Virus record (IMG/VR): IMGVR_UViG_3300029893_000001
Location: 1-64,000 of that record
Reading direction: 5' to 3' (one strand)
DNA length: 64,000 bases
In this document: piece by piece, positions 22,159 to 33,871 of the stretch
How the letters are laid out: each line of letters begins with the position of its first letter
Position numbering within the stretch: position 1 is the first letter of the stretch
Notes under the pieces: model-generated
Databases searched by the model: none
What the model was told of the DNA's origin: nothing
What the model saw: only the letters and a program-made list of their open reading frames with translations
Translations under genes and position numbers: made by a program

Positions 22159-24421
22159 AGTCTTCGTCGGGCTCTGCTACGTGATCTTGATCCTGAGCTT
22201 CGGTTTCTTCGGTGGTCGTTCCGTCTTCGAGACAGTGTCGCCACCGCCCGTCTCCGTCACAATAGACGGTGCACCCACATGCCACACAGGCGAATAAGTC
22301 GCTCATGAGCGAAACGGCCGCGTGAATCTTTCGCCAGTCAGTAAGTCGAGGACGTCCCAGCCCTTCCGGGTCTCCGCCCTCACCTCGACGATCCCAAGCG
22401 TTCCCAACTTCTGGGCGATTTCCTGGTACTTAGCACCATAGCGACCGACGTGGGCATGCTGATACCCGCCTTCCTCGTCGGAGGCTACACGCAAGGCAGT
22501 GTCCATGTCCACAGGGGCAGGACTCCCCGGGGTGTAGCGCGGTGCCACGTTGAAATGGACTGCTCGCCTCCGGTGCATGTGGAGGAAATCGTCCAGTTGG
22601 TCAGCAATGTGCTCCTTCACAAACGTATTTCCCAAAACGTGTTCCGTCATGAAAGGACTCCCACTGTGATTTCGTCGAATTCGATGTTCGTTACCCCGAC
22701 CGCAGAAAGCAGCTCGACCTTCTGAACAAGAGCCGAAGTGATTTCATAAGCCAGCTCTTCGTCCGAAGGATTTTCAAGCTCGATGGGTAGTGTACCAGAG
22801 AAATGGCCCTGCTTGGCTCCACCCACTGCGGTAAGCTTAAGAAAGGGATCGATGTTCTTCCGGAGCTTCCTCCAGAAGTCACGAGTTATGCGATCGGTGA
22901 ATTCTGTGCGGGCTTTGAAGAAGACGATCATCGTTTCTTTTCCTCACGTTCGCGGATATCTTTAGCTATCCGTTCCACGTGAGCCGCAGCAACTTTCTTT
23001 CCGATCCCAGTATGCTCGGAGAAATTGTGAATCACCCGCTCAAGGGCGACTTGCAGGTGCTTCAGGCTGGCTTTCCACTGAACCTCGGCCACTTTCCTGT
23101 ACCTCAACTGCGCGTTCTGCTAGGGAGAGTCCCCAGTAGATAGCGTAGCCGATACCAGAAATCATAGCACCGCTCAGCACACAGCACAACAGCATCCAGG
23201 CGAGCCAAGCCCCGCCGAATAGCTTCAGGAGGCTGCGCAGTGACGAATGCACGGCTCGGTCAGTGGTATGCATCGAGCGTTTCATACTGCTTCCTCCGTC
23301 TGACTAACTTCCCAGCGGCCCACTTCACGGTAGTAGTGCCCTTCAATCTCTAGGGAAATATCCCTAAAGTTCAGACGAACAACAAGGTTGTCCCTCATGT
23401 CGTTGTACCCGTATTCTTGGGTCATGAAGTTGAGTAGCGCGTGCTCTGCGAATGTTACGCAAAATGGGCGCTTCGAAGATTTCAACTCGTCGAGTCGGTC
23501 AAGATACTGCGAAGGGACTCGTATTTCCTCCCCACCGTCAGAATAAAAATCCCAGTAGACAGCAACGAGCTTTCTTTTGGAGCCGCGATCGGTTCGTTCT
23601 GTTCCGTAGCCGATCTGGTAGATTTGTCCGCTCTTTCGGCAGATCGCAATAGTCCACCCGGGAGATCTGTACGAAATGCCACCAAAGATTCTTGTGCTAA
23701 CTTCTTCTGTCAGAAGCTCGTTTCCGTACGGATCGAGGACAAGAAGCGTCTGATCTCCGAATTTCAAGTTGAAATTCGTGAGCTTCGAAAGCGGAGGAAT
23801 TTTGGTGCGACAAGCCGTGCTTTTCCACCCTGAGTCTGATTTGTAGACTCGACGAATGGTCTTTCCCTCTACACCACGTATCGGAACAGACTTGTAGTCA
23901 ACTTCCTTGAGCTTTTTGGCCATGGAGGCTCCGATGTTAAAAGGCTTTGACGCTCACCCGCCTTCAGGATCAAACTGATCGGGTTCGGAGTCCGCCTTAG
24001 GGTAGTACTTGCGGTTGGACCGGGCCTCCCACCCATCCCTGCTGTCGCTCTCTAGATCCCAGTTCGGTTCAATGAGATTCAGCGGCTCATGTTCCCAGCC
24101 CAATACATCTGCCACCTCTTTGAGCTTTGCATTTAGAGGCTTGTAATGCGGTCTCACCCCGCCCTTGCGATAGATTCCGGAGTGGAATACCCGAGTGACT
24201 ACTTGTCCGTGTCCTTCCGCTTCCATCAGCGCAAGGTTTACGTCTAGCCGGTGGTCACCGAACGGATTCTGTTCAGGGTATACTACCACCGAAATGCCAG
24301 CTCGGTCGAAAGAGTAGAAATGAAGGTCCTGGACTGCGTCTTCCCAGGTCTCGGCTTCCACTTCAAACCACGCAGTTTGGTTCGGCTTCACCATTCGACA
24401 TCGAAACTTCATGTAGATCCC

Positions 24422-24814
24422 TCAGGCGTTCTTTAGGCTAACGATTCGCACGTTTCGGCCTATGCCCTTGAGCCCTTCGTTGCCCCCACCCCTCGCACGG
24501 GCCCCCGTGGACGTGAAGTACGCAGAGTTTTGAGCTACACGTGCGGGAAATCTTGCGTCTGCGATGTACACGTTGTCCCAAGTGTTCGCAGTGGCTTCTC
24601 GGATCACTCTGCACTTGAAACCAGCACAGACAAGACCAGTAACAGTATCCATCACGCAAGCATCTAGATTGATGCCGCAGACAGTAACGATGTTACCGTG
24701 CCGCTTCCGGTGAAGGGCCTCACGAACTTCGACTGCACCATTATCTTGGCGCTTCTTCACCAGCGATAGTTTGGCGTATCGTCCGATTGCTTTTTGCAGC
24801 AATGGTGATGTCGG
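24422..24814 (-). pseudogene. Isochorismatase/cysteine-hydrolase-like gene lacking its N-terminus
   Basis: K..DNG...VTVCGINLDACVMDTV.GL...VIREAT motif; the frame hits a stop just upstream, at the edge of the GC-rich insert. Confidence 0.55.
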
Positions 24815-24943
24815 CTACTTGCCGTTCGACAGCGAAGCGCGGACTTAATGTCCGCCTTTCGCATCATTCTGGCAAGTGGGCTCGCATCTCGACTTGCCAA
24901 TCGCGGTCGTTACGCGTACCTTTGATCCGCGTACCGCTTCGAG

Positions 24944-25423
24944 ATGGCAACCATGCGATCCGCCGAGTTCTTCGCCACCCACCCCGTGTTCACGCACGAG
25001 GAGTACCTCGCGGCACGCGGAGGGCGTGGGGACCGGAGCCCTCGGACGGCCGACAGCCTGCTCACCCGCCATGCCGCCGCCGGAAGGATCCTACGCGTCC
25101 GCCGGGGGCTGTACGCGTCCGTACCGGCCGGCGCGACGCCGGACACGTTCCAGGTGGATCCGTTCCTGCTGGCGACCAAGCTCGCCCCCGATGCGGCCGT
25201 CGCCTACCACGCCGCGCTGCAGTTCCGGGGCAAGACGTACTCGGTGTGGCACCGCTTCACCGTCCTCACTCGCAGCCACGTGCGTCCGCTGACCTTCCAG
25301 GGGAGCGAGTTCGTGGCGGTCCGGCCGCCGCGCGCCCTCAAAGGGCTTCCAGATCTCGGCGGCGGCATCACCTCGGAGCCGCACGCCGGCGGGACCGTCC
25401 GCGTGACGACGTTCGAGCGTACC
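24944..25423 (+). pseudogene. Type IV TA antitoxin AbiEi-like gene, truncated after RVTTFERT
   Basis: RVRRGLY w[13 protein letters not shown] and VRVTTFERT motifs; the reading then runs into an unrelated antisense fragment; very high GC. Confidence 0.75.
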
Positions 25424-25589
25424 CGAGCGGCCAGGCCCACGCGCTGTGCGGTTCGAGCACGCCCGGGATGCACACGCGCACGCGGCCGAGGCCCTCGGGG
25501 TCCTTCCGGTGGGTGACGTAGCCGACGTACATCCCGAACCGCCGGGTGTCGTGGGCCTCGATGTCGTCGTCGAACTGGCTGAAGGACAT
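25420..25589 (-). pseudogene. N-terminal fragment of a gpV/VgrG-type baseplate spike (OB fold)
   Basis: [25 protein letters not shown]...AWAWPLG, cut after about 56 aa. Confidence 0.75.
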
Positions 25590-25605
25590 GCTCACCTCGC
25601 AACGC

Positions 25606-25968
25606 TCATCCCGGCCTCCGGGTCCTCGGCGCCGATGGGCCGGCCGTCGCGCCGGTACTCGGAGTCAAGAATCCTTTGCCTCGGCCGTTTTCGTACGGCA
25701 CTGGAGTCTTGAATTGGCCTGCCGTCGCGTCGAGAACTCTATCGGTACGGCGGTGTTTCAAGAACCAGTGAGGCTCCCCTTCATGCCATATGAAGCACGG
25801 TTTCCATTCGTCTCCGAGGAGGTGGAATAACACCTCACTCGCAACATAACAGTGCCCAGCTAGCGGGTTGGGGTTTCCTCTGTATGGGGGTTGACGCAGG
25901 TCATCGGTCAGGAAGGTTTGAACCTTCCTGACCAATGCCTCTGTTGTCAGCCTATGCAGATGCGGCAA
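25606..25968 (-). pseudogene. Phage protein (GHCYVASE...HWFL...LDAT..QF) with C-terminus apparently replaced after GKGFLTP
   Basis: Abrupt GC shift at about 25661. Confidence 0.55.
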
Positions 25969-25980
25969 GGAGCGCTCCGC

Positions 25981-26391
25981 TCAGGATTCGAGAGCGGCGA
26001 TCCGCTTCTGAAGTTCCTTCTCCGAGAGTGCGGAAAGCTTGCCGTCCTGCTTCTCGGCGAGAATCTGGAGCAGCTTCTCCCTCTCCTTCTTGTTCTCTGC
26101 GCGACGCTTTGCGTTCTCCTCGTCGGCGAGCTTGACCGCGATAACGCGCTTGACGACTTCGAGCGTCATCTCCAGCCGGGTGTGAGCCGGGGTCTTGGCA
26201 GTCGACACGAAGCTCTCCTCGGTCGCGTCCTTGAATGCCTTGTTGACAGCACGAGCAATGGCGTCGAGGTTGAAGCCGTCGGTCGAGCGCAGCGGGACAT
26301 CCCAGAGCGCCTCAACTGACAGCTCACCACGCGTAGACGTGAAGCGGAGCTTGTTGCGGGTGGCGTACTCGAAGAGATCGTTGCTGTTCAT
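25981..26391 (-). CDS. Conserved large-phage coiled-coil protein
   Basis: FEYATRNKLRF.STRG.LSVE.LWD motif; partner of the upstream 690-aa gene. Confidence 0.7.
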   Translation of the reverse strand: MNSNDLFEYATRNKLRFTSTRGELSVEALWDVPLRSTDGFNLDAIARAVNKAFKDATEESFVSTAKTPAHTRLEMTLEVVKRVIAVKLADEENAKRRAENKKEREKLLQILAEKQDGKLSALSEKELQKRIAALES

Positions 26392-26417
26392 GTTCTCTAT
26401 CTCCTGTCTGTTGTGGT

Positions 26418-28490
26418 TCAGATACCGACGTGGATGTTAAAGATGCGCTGCTTCTTGCCCTGCTGGGCGCGGACGAGGAACGTGTCCTTCTTAGTGGAAG
26501 AAAAGCCAAGACCAGCCAGGTGCCCATCCGTGGGGCGGCACTTGGTCTTGTCGCCGATGACCTCGAACACCTTCCGGTGCTCTTCAAGACGCGGGTGGAG
26601 GAACTCGTTGTAGAACCCGCGCATGTCCTCGTCGCTCTTCGCGCCCTCCAGGACAAAGAAGGTGTGCTTGTTCCCCACGGCGTTGTCACCCCAGTAGTTC
26701 GGGCTGAGCATCACCATGTTAACCTTGACGTACTGCTCGGTCGTCAGGCCCCACTTCTCCTGAGAGATGTTCGAGGCCGTGATGCCGGAGTCGCCCGGCT
26801 CGATGCGCTCGATGACGCCGTTCCTCATGTGCAGCGTCACCACCGTGACATTCTGATGGTTGCGGACCGGCTTGTTGTACGAGTAGTGCGTGAGCTTGCC
26901 CTCGCTCTCCACCTCGATGACGAACCCGGGGTTGCTGCTCTCGCGGAAGGTGTAGTTATTCACGACGACTCGGTACGGCCCATCCGGCGGCTGGGTCGCC
27001 CATACCACGTTCTCGACGGGCTCGCGCGTCGTGCCGCGGCCGGCGTTCATGTCGACGTCGAGGGTGCCGCCTGTCCAGCCACGCTTGTTCCCGAAGTAGA
27101 TGTGGTCACTCAGGCCCCGCATTCCGCGCCCCGAGGGCTCGTGGATGTGGAGGTCGAGATCATCGTAGTTGAACCACGACAGCGAGACCCGGAGGATCGC
27201 ACCATCCACCTTGCCGCCGGCCTTCTTCACGCGCTCCTTGATCGAGTCGGCGACGTTGCCACCATAGGACCACGCGAAGTCGTTGGTCCAGCGGAAGAGC
27301 TGCTTCGGTTCCGGATACACTGGCGCCGTCAGGGCCATCAGGTTCCCGAGGTGCTTCCCGGTGAAGAAGACTTCCATGGCCTGCGTCTTGGGAAGCACGC
27401 TGGTCATGAAGTCTTCGAGCGAGATGTCCTCTGCGCGCTCTTCGTCCTTTGTGTGGCTTTGGGCCGTTGCCCTGGCGTGCTTCATGAGCACGTCGCCGAT
27501 GCCGCCCTTCATCAGGGGGCGAGCAGCACCATCGACCCATTTCACGTCGTTCACCGACACATCGCCGATGACAGCGAACCGACGCTCCAGAGCCTGTTCA
27601 AGGCCTAGTGCTTCGATGGTTTCCATCGCCTTCTTAACCATTCCAGGCGTGATGAGGGCCGTCGTCCGCTTATAATTCTGTGGAGCGACCTTCGTCTCGA
27701 AGCTACGCACCGCACGTTCAAGCTCCTGACCATCAGAGAGATCCTGAACTAGAGTGCCGATGACAGTATTACGAAACCTGGCAGCAGGACTGCCAGCATT
27801 CGCCCACGTGAAGAGCAAACGCTCTGCAGCCTTCTTCGATAGGAAATCGCGCTGCATCTTCTGGAATTCGACAACGGCACGCTTGTGTTCCTCGCCGCGA
27901 TACAAGCTGTTGCTCTCGATAAGAGAGAGGACGGTGCTGACGGCATCGGGCGTGAGTTCGAGAAGACCACGCTCGAAGACATGGACCGTGGTCCGGTAAT
28001 TTCCGCGATCGGCGTCCGGAGTAGCGGAACGGAAGCCATGCGGGATCACCTCCGTATAGAAGTGCTCCCAGGTCAGGGCCTTATGCGACTCCTTGTCGAG
28101 CGAGTGCGACTGCTGCGCGCCGAACTGCGTCTCATTCTTCCCGACACGGAAGATGTCGCGAATGCCCACCGAATTTACGGCGTTCCGAAGCGCCGCAGCG
28201 ACTGTGGCATAGTGCTCAGGGGCACGCTCTGCTGCGTGATCCCAGATAGTACGCACCTTTCCATTCGAGAGGGTAACCACACAGCCGGCACGGCGGATGA
28301 AATTTCGACAGCACGAGCAGTCATGCTCGGTGCGCACCTTGAAAATGGGGTCGGTCCCCTCCGGGAAGGACGCCAGGTATGTCGACCAGAGGGCGTCACC
28401 GTCCAAATCTGCGACGAAGACGGCGTTGTTCTTCACGATGTCCTGGAAAGAGGCGGCGACTATGCGAGCGAACGCAGAGAAAAGAGTCAT
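26418..28490 (-). CDS. Conserved large-phage protein with YfaP/DUF2135-like domain
   Basis: HDCSCCR; DDLDLHIHEP...LDVDMNAG...PVENV motif; start reassigned to MTLFSAF with AGGA RBS. Confidence 0.7.
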   Translation of the reverse strand: MTLFSAFARIVAASFQDIVKNNAVFVADLDGDALWSTYLASFPEGTDPIFKVRTEHDCSCCRNFIRRAGCVVTLSNGKVRTIWDHAAERAPEHYATVAAALRNAVNSVGIRDIFRVGKNETQFGAQQSHSLDKESHKALTWEHFYTEVIPHGFRSATPDADRGNYRTTVHVFERGLLELTPDAVSTVLSLIESNSLYRGEEHKRAVVEFQKMQRDFLSKKAAERLLFTWANAGSPAARFRNTVIGTLVQDLSDGQELERAVRSFETKVAPQNYKRTTALITPGMVKKAMETIEALGLEQALERRFAVIGDVSVNDVKWVDGAARPLMKGGIGDVLMKHARATAQSHTKDEERAEDISLEDFMTSVLPKTQAMEVFFTGKHLGNLMALTAPVYPEPKQLFRWTNDFAWSYGGNVADSIKERVKKAGGKVDGAILRVSLSWFNYDDLDLHIHEPSGRGMRGLSDHIYFGNKRGWTGGTLDVDMNAGRGTTREPVENVVWATQPPDGPYRVVVNNYTFRESSNPGFVIEVESEGKLTHYSYNKPVRNHQNVTVVTLHMRNGVIERIEPGDSGITASNISQEKWGLTTEQYVKVNMVMLSPNYWGDNAVGNKHTFFVLEGAKSDEDMRGFYNEFLHPRLEEHRKVFEVIGDKTKCRPTDGHLAGLGFSSTKKDTFLVRAQQGKKQRIFNIHVGI

Positions 28491-28626
28491 GGTTTCGTTT
28501 CCTATTCGCACATTTCGGGCGTGAGCTTCACGAGTTTGTTTACGGAGCGGTGAGTTGCCACCCATTCATCGTCGACCGTGTATAGGTAGGCATATTCCCC
28601 GAATTCCATGTGTCTGTCTCCGTACT

Positions 28627-28679
28627 CAAAACCAAACGGCGGAGGATACCTGATTGGCACCCTCCGCCGTTTGGTTTTG
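28627..28679. terminator. Intrinsic terminator
   Basis: 19-bp stem CAAAACCAAACGGCGGAGG / CCTCCGCCGTTTGGTTTTG. Confidence 0.8.
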
Positions 28680-28684
28680 TTGTT

Positions 28685-29461
28685 TCAGAGCTTGTCGAGA
28701 CCTTCGTCTCGGATGGTCTTCTTCGAGAGCTGCCTCTTCTCGACGGCGAGACGAACACAGCCGGGAACGATCTCTCCGGCGTGAGTGGCGTTACCGTGGG
28801 CTCCGGAAAGCTCCATGCATCCGTAGGGGCCCACCTTGAACTCCTTCCGGAGAACCACGTCGTAGCCGCTGTGGCCAAAACGAAGATGGGTGTAACGGAC
28901 CCAGAACCAAACACCCAGGATCTGGCGGTATTCCTCGAAGTCGTTGATGACCTTTCGGGGATCATGAGCGGAGGGACGACGCCGGAACCTCCTACCTCGA
29001 TAACCCTTCTTCGGCTTGAACGCCTTCAACAGACCGTGCGGATCCACGTAGAATTCGCCGGGCGAGAGCGGCATGAATTCGCCACCGTAACCGAGGTCGG
29101 AGCGATGGGGAACCCCATCGATCCACATGGGCGTCAGCTCCACAAAATCCCGATACAGGTGGTCAAGGACGTGCTTCTGGGTGGTGCTGCTCGGGCGAAG
29201 GTGCTCCCGGATTTCCGAATTCACCTTGTTCCAGGGCCGCCCCACATTCTTTCGAAGGAAACCCTTCAAGGGCGGAAAATACTCGTTGAGATACTTTCCG
29301 CTGTAGTACCGGATGTTGGGGAACTTCATCGACTCCTTCTTCGGGAGATCGTCCCACTTCTCCGGGTTCTTGCCCTTACGTCGGTCGGAACGAAGGTTCG
29401 CCTTACCGTCTCCGCCGAAGCGGGGCCTTTCCACGAGCTTCTTAGCGATATCGTTACGCAT
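28685..29461 (-). CDS. Basic conserved hypothetical protein (VERPR...GRPWNKV.SEI family)
   Basis: Recognisable bacterial hypothetical-family motif; RBS and terminator. Confidence 0.65.
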   Translation of the reverse strand: MRNDIAKKLVERPRFGGDGKANLRSDRRKGKNPEKWDDLPKKESMKFPNIRYYSGKYLNEYFPPLKGFLRKNVGRPWNKVNSEIREHLRPSSTTQKHVLDHLYRDFVELTPMWIDGVPHRSDLGYGGEFMPLSPGEFYVDPHGLLKAFKPKKGYRGRRFRRRPSAHDPRKVINDFEEYRQILGVWFWVRYTHLRFGHSGYDVVLRKEFKVGPYGCMELSGAHGNATHAGEIVPGCVRLAVEKRQLSKKTIRDEGLDKL

Positions 29462-30246
29462 TTCATTCCTTTCGGTTGGGGTAACCTAAAGTTCTGAAAC
29501 GCGAACAATCCTTTCCGTGCTGAAGATCATTTTCTTCTCCGTTAGTGGTTGAATGTTAGTGGCTCAAAGGCCGCCGGTCCAGGTCTTTTCCACGTTGCCT
29601 CCTACGACGCCTGTGAAAAGTACCACAGAATTGCCGCAAGGATAGCGGCGTCGACCAGAAAGAAGATCACGCAGCCAAGCTTGTCCTTCTTCGATCGGGG
29701 CGAGTCTCCTGCTGACGCAACGAGAAACCCTGCGAGGAAGTCATCGGCGTCGAAATCGTCATCAGACATGTGGTCCCTTTTACAAGTCGATGATCACTAT
29801 TCCACGTTCTGGGGCGGGCTCAGGACGCGGAAATTCAGATAGCGGGGGTTGAGGTAGTTCAACAGTTGGTGTGGGCGCTGTTCTTTCTGGCGCCTGGCTT
29901 CACGTTCACGTATTTCAGTGATGATGTGAGCAGGAAGCATCTACCTCGTCTCCTTCTATCGAAGGATAACACCAAGTTAGACGCTAATTACCGATTTTCC
30001 TCTTCATCCAAGATTCGCTGCGCGGCCTGTGTCAACTCCCTCGCATACTCCAAAACTCGGTCTGCCGGAATTGATTCGTCTTGCCCCAGAACTACGAGCA
30101 AGATATTTCGCATTACAAGCCCCTGTCGAAGGCTGGCGCTGATATGATTCCATCCCGCTCCAAGCTCCGCTTTTGCGAGCTTGATCTCGCGCTCTGCGAT
30201 CTGCTCGGCTTGCGTCTTCCTGCGTGGCATATCCGCCTTCCCTCCG

Positions 30247-30323
30247 TATCAATTGATATTCACTTATATCGGCTGGTAGAAACGGTCCAAACCGCTCGTT
30301 ATAAACGAATATCAATTGATATT
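30247..30323. promoter_or_regulatory. Pair of AT-rich palindromic operator-like sites
   Basis: TATCAATTGATA (30247-30258) and AATATCAATTGATATT (30308-30323) upstream of ORF 29988..30230. Confidence 0.65.
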
Positions 30324-30564
30324 GCTGATAATCAATCTCGAAGCCTGAGGGCTGATTCCGCAGTGCCCGTTGCCCGACAAGCGTCACAGGCGTACTGATC
30401 CACTACAACCTCAGGACTCTGACGAGACGGGTTCCAAACGGTTCGCACTATATCCCTGTATCCTAGACCTCCACACCATTCGCACACCTTCTTATCTGTG
30501 GTGTAGAGCGTCCAGAGAATCTCCTCCAGGCTCATCTCTGTCCAGTGCTTCATGCCGCCTCTGC

Positions 30565-30581
30565 TAGTATCAGCAGGGTTC
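30565..30581 (-). promoter_or_regulatory. Repeated phage promoter motif (variant)
   Basis: TAGTATCAGCAGGGTTC, 12 nt upstream of 30553. Confidence 0.65.
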
Positions 30582-31360
30582 AGTCGTCCAGAGAGATTCC
30601 GAATGCTGCTGCAAGCTTCCTGTTTAGCTCCTGCCTGCGCTTAATTGCAGCACGAAGTCCAGCGTGGACTTCGGCATTCGACTTAGCGACCATTTGGATG
30701 GTCTCTCTGAGCGATTGAATTGCATCGGTCGCTTCGATGATGGTCTCAACGACCTCTTTCGCGCTGTCGACTCGTTCCTTGTGACTACTTGTCCGCTTTT
30801 TGGGCAACCCGAGTAGCAGACGAGCCTTATCGATTTGATCCATTAGTTCCGCGATACAGATGCCGTCTTCCATTTCAGGCGACATTTTGCTCCTCGGTTT
30901 TCAGGTAACGCATGTATGCGGCTGTGCCCAGGAGATACCACGGCTCCTGTTGATCAAAACCCCACACCTCGACGAATTGCTCTCCCTGTTGCGCACGAGG
31001 AAAATGCTTCTTGATTTCCTGAATCGTGCAAAGTTCTAGCTCTCCAGTCTTGTCTTTCTGGATAGCACGGAAACGCTCTCGCGTTAGAACCAACTTAACG
31101 CCATCGCCGAACCTTGCGGTGGCATTGGTATACCTACCGAGGCCCTTGATCAAATGCCATCCGCTTTTCATGTCATCTTTTCCGTGAAAAGTAGATATCT
31201 GCGCCCACGTGCATCATAACACCAAAGCTGACACAGTGAGCTAGGATGAATAACCACGTTACGACTGTCATGTCGTGAGACGCAGCGACCAATACCCCTA
31301 CGAGGGCGATAAGGGTAGCAAACCCTGACACGAAATAGACAGCGTATTTACGCGTGAGGC

Positions 31361-32038
31361 TCATCTAAATCCCTCGAAAATGTACCCGTGGTCTTCCCCG
31401 TCCACGATCATTCGAATCGAGCAGTTAGCGGGATTTGGTTCAGACTCGAACCAGTCGACGCTCTTATGACACCACATCATCACGAATGCACGAATGGTGA
31501 CCCCGTGAGCAACGATGATAAGGTCATCAATTCCATGTCGCTCTGCGTCTCGATGGAACGTACCGAAGGCCTGGTGAACACGCTGCGCAACATCGAATCG
31601 AGATTCCCCGAGCGGCATCCTAGCCCAGAAGCGACCCTCGAATGCTTCGCACTTAGCGTAATGCGCGTGCTCTGCTGGGTAGAGTCGAGGAAGCTCTTCG
31701 TCCGGAACTCCGTCAAACAGTCCGAATTGCTGCTCGCAGAGAAGTACGTGCTCTCGAACGGTTCCGATGTATCGGTTTCGGTTCACTATCTCATGAGCGG
31801 TTTCACGCGCGCGAAGGTACGGGCTCATCCAGAGCCGAACATTTGCGCACTGCTTGTTCATTTCGTATGGAGTGAGTCCAAGCCGTTCCATGCGCCGCAT
31901 GCGAAGGAATTCACCCGCCTTCCGAGCCTGCTCGACACCTTCGGGGCTGAGTCCAATGGCGTGGTCTGGCGTCTCGCGGTGGACAGTCGGATCGATATTC
32001 GCCACGGATTGGCCGTGCCGCACAAGATAGATTCTCAT
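31361..32038 (-). CDS. Histidine phosphatase (phosphoglycerate mutase family)
   Basis: LVRHGQS, SPYLRARET, EQQFG, GES and VAHG motifs. Confidence 0.9.
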   Translation of the reverse strand: MRIYLVRHGQSVANIDPTVHRETPDHAIGLSPEGVEQARKAGEFLRMRRMERLGLTPYEMNKQCANVRLWMSPYLRARETAHEIVNRNRYIGTVREHVLLCEQQFGLFDGVPDEELPRLYPAEHAHYAKCEAFEGRFWARMPLGESRFDVAQRVHQAFGTFHRDAERHGIDDLIIVAHGVTIRAFVMMWCHKSVDWFESEPNPANCSIRMIVDGEDHGYIFEGFR

Positions 32039-32378
32039 TGGGCCTTCTCCTTCGGGAGCGCAGTCATCGGTCGACCACCAAATCTCTTGTCCTTCGTCTG
32101 GTCGATCTTTTCCTTCTGGAGCCGCTGCTCCACGAATTTTTCCGCCTTCTTCAGGGCATCCATCATACTATTGCCGTAGAAGAAGGTCTTTGCGGTCGTC
32201 AGCCCACCAATGCCAAGACACCACGCGAGAACCTCTTTCCTACCACGAGGAAGTTTGATGTCGTGCAGCCTTGCTAGCTTCTCTTCGATAAGGACTCGCG
32301 AAAACACGGTTCCAGCAACGGAGTGCGACATTCCTAAATCGTAGAGCGCCCGTTCTAGCTTTTCAATTCGAGCGTTGT

Positions 32379-32966
32379 TCATCCTAGCTCCTGAAGGCGA
32401 GCTGCAATTTTCTCCAGCCATTCCTTCTGTTGCGCGATTTCACGGTCAAGGAATCGTTCGACGTCTTCCCTAATCTCCAGCCGGTGTTCTGAAAGCACCT
32501 CTAGAAGAACCTCAGTCGGTTGACTCCAGAACTCTACGGTCTTGCTGTAGATTTCCCTAGCTGCGGCCAGCCAGTCCGGTCGCACGTTGTTCGGAATCGT
32601 AACGATCTTCGAGAACTTACAGATCGAATACGGGACCCAGGGGTGATCTGACCTCTGGTCAATCTCGGTTGTGACGCCACCCCACTCGTGGGGCTGTAGC
32701 ATAGGTCGTGTGAAAAAGTCCTCCTCGAACTCTAGGAGGTCCGACGCCGGGTCCGATTCCTCGTAGTGCGCAACCATTGTACCATCCTCAGCCCACTCGT
32801 AACCGTTCCCGATCGTGAGGAAAAGATGGTCCAGCACCTTCGTCCGACTCTTCTCATAATCAACGTCCCGGAACAAGAGAGGCCACTGACGAATTTGTTG
32901 GGAAATGTAGCGGTCGAGGTTCACTGTAAATCTCTGAAAGATGTTCGGCGGGATGATTCCAGCCAC
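32379..32966 (-). CDS. Phage hypothetical protein (HLFLTIGNGYEW motif)
   Basis: Long ORF; true start uncertain. Confidence 0.55.
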   Translation of the reverse strand: MAGIIPPNIFQRFTVNLDRYISQQIRQWPLLFRDVDYEKSRTKVLDHLFLTIGNGYEWAEDGTMVAHYEESDPASDLLEFEEDFFTRPMLQPHEWGGVTTEIDQRSDHPWVPYSICKFSKIVTIPNNVRPDWLAAAREIYSKTVEFWSQPTEVLLEVLSEHRLEIREDVERFLDREIAQQKEWLEKIAARLQELG

Positions 32967-33871
32967 CGTGGAGTGGGTTGTAGAAAGGGCGGGGCTTCAG
33001 CTCTACAGCGCCCGTATCACACCTGCGAAGGGCGGTCCTCTTTTACACGTGGGAGCGAACTATCCCTATACGCGCGAACGAGTGGAACCCCTGACAGACG
33101 AGGAGAGCAACGCTCTTCGCAAGAGAATTAAGAAGGAATTGCTGAAGAGTGGGTACAAGTCTAAGGTCCGACCGTTCATTCATGACGACGACGTTGACTA
33201 CAACGACTTTCGTCTCAAGGTGATTCTCAAAGCTAAAGATGTCGACCCAGAATGGTACGCCAGGCTCTGTCGTCTATGGAAGGCGCGTAAGAACCTAAAC
33301 CGCCTCTAATCGGTGTCGTCGGGTCCGTGACAGTTGCTTCTCGGATGCAGGAAATCCGAAAAGCAAAACCACTGTCCCCGACGAAGTCTCCTGTATTCGT
33401 CCTCCGAGACGCTCCACGTTGCCGTCTGCCCACGATAAGCGATGTCCACTGTCCAGTTTTCTGGAATGTGGGTGCAACCGTCATCGTTACAAATAGTTCG
33501 TGCTGGATGGTGCTCCTTGCTTGTGACAACGCCTTCCTGGATATCGTGGAAGTAGTGGTACACACCCCAGACGATCATGCACAGGGCAAGAACGAAGCCT
33601 ATCACGTGTAGCATGTGTAGGTCCGTAGGCAGTCGCCACTTGAAGCGCCTTTTCTTCTGGGCCTTCTCCTTGGCAAGGCGAGCCTCCGCCTCTTGGAGCT
33701 TCCGCAACTTCTCCTCATCGTCGCTCTTGACGCGACGAAGCTCCTCTCGAAGCCGGGCAAGTTCCTTTTCTTGAGAAGCAATGTGTGGATCGCGAAACAT
33801 CATTGCTTTCCTTTACGGTTCTGCTTTACGGTTTGGGCCGTCGGTTTACGATTAGCCTTGACACTTAAAGG

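Noticed and set aside
26430-27608. Long plus-strand ORFs antisense to real genes (e.g. 26430..27608, 28610..29497, 34066..35121, 57986..58864)
   Set aside because: Shadow frames caused by high GC3 on the minus strand; no motifs or RBS.
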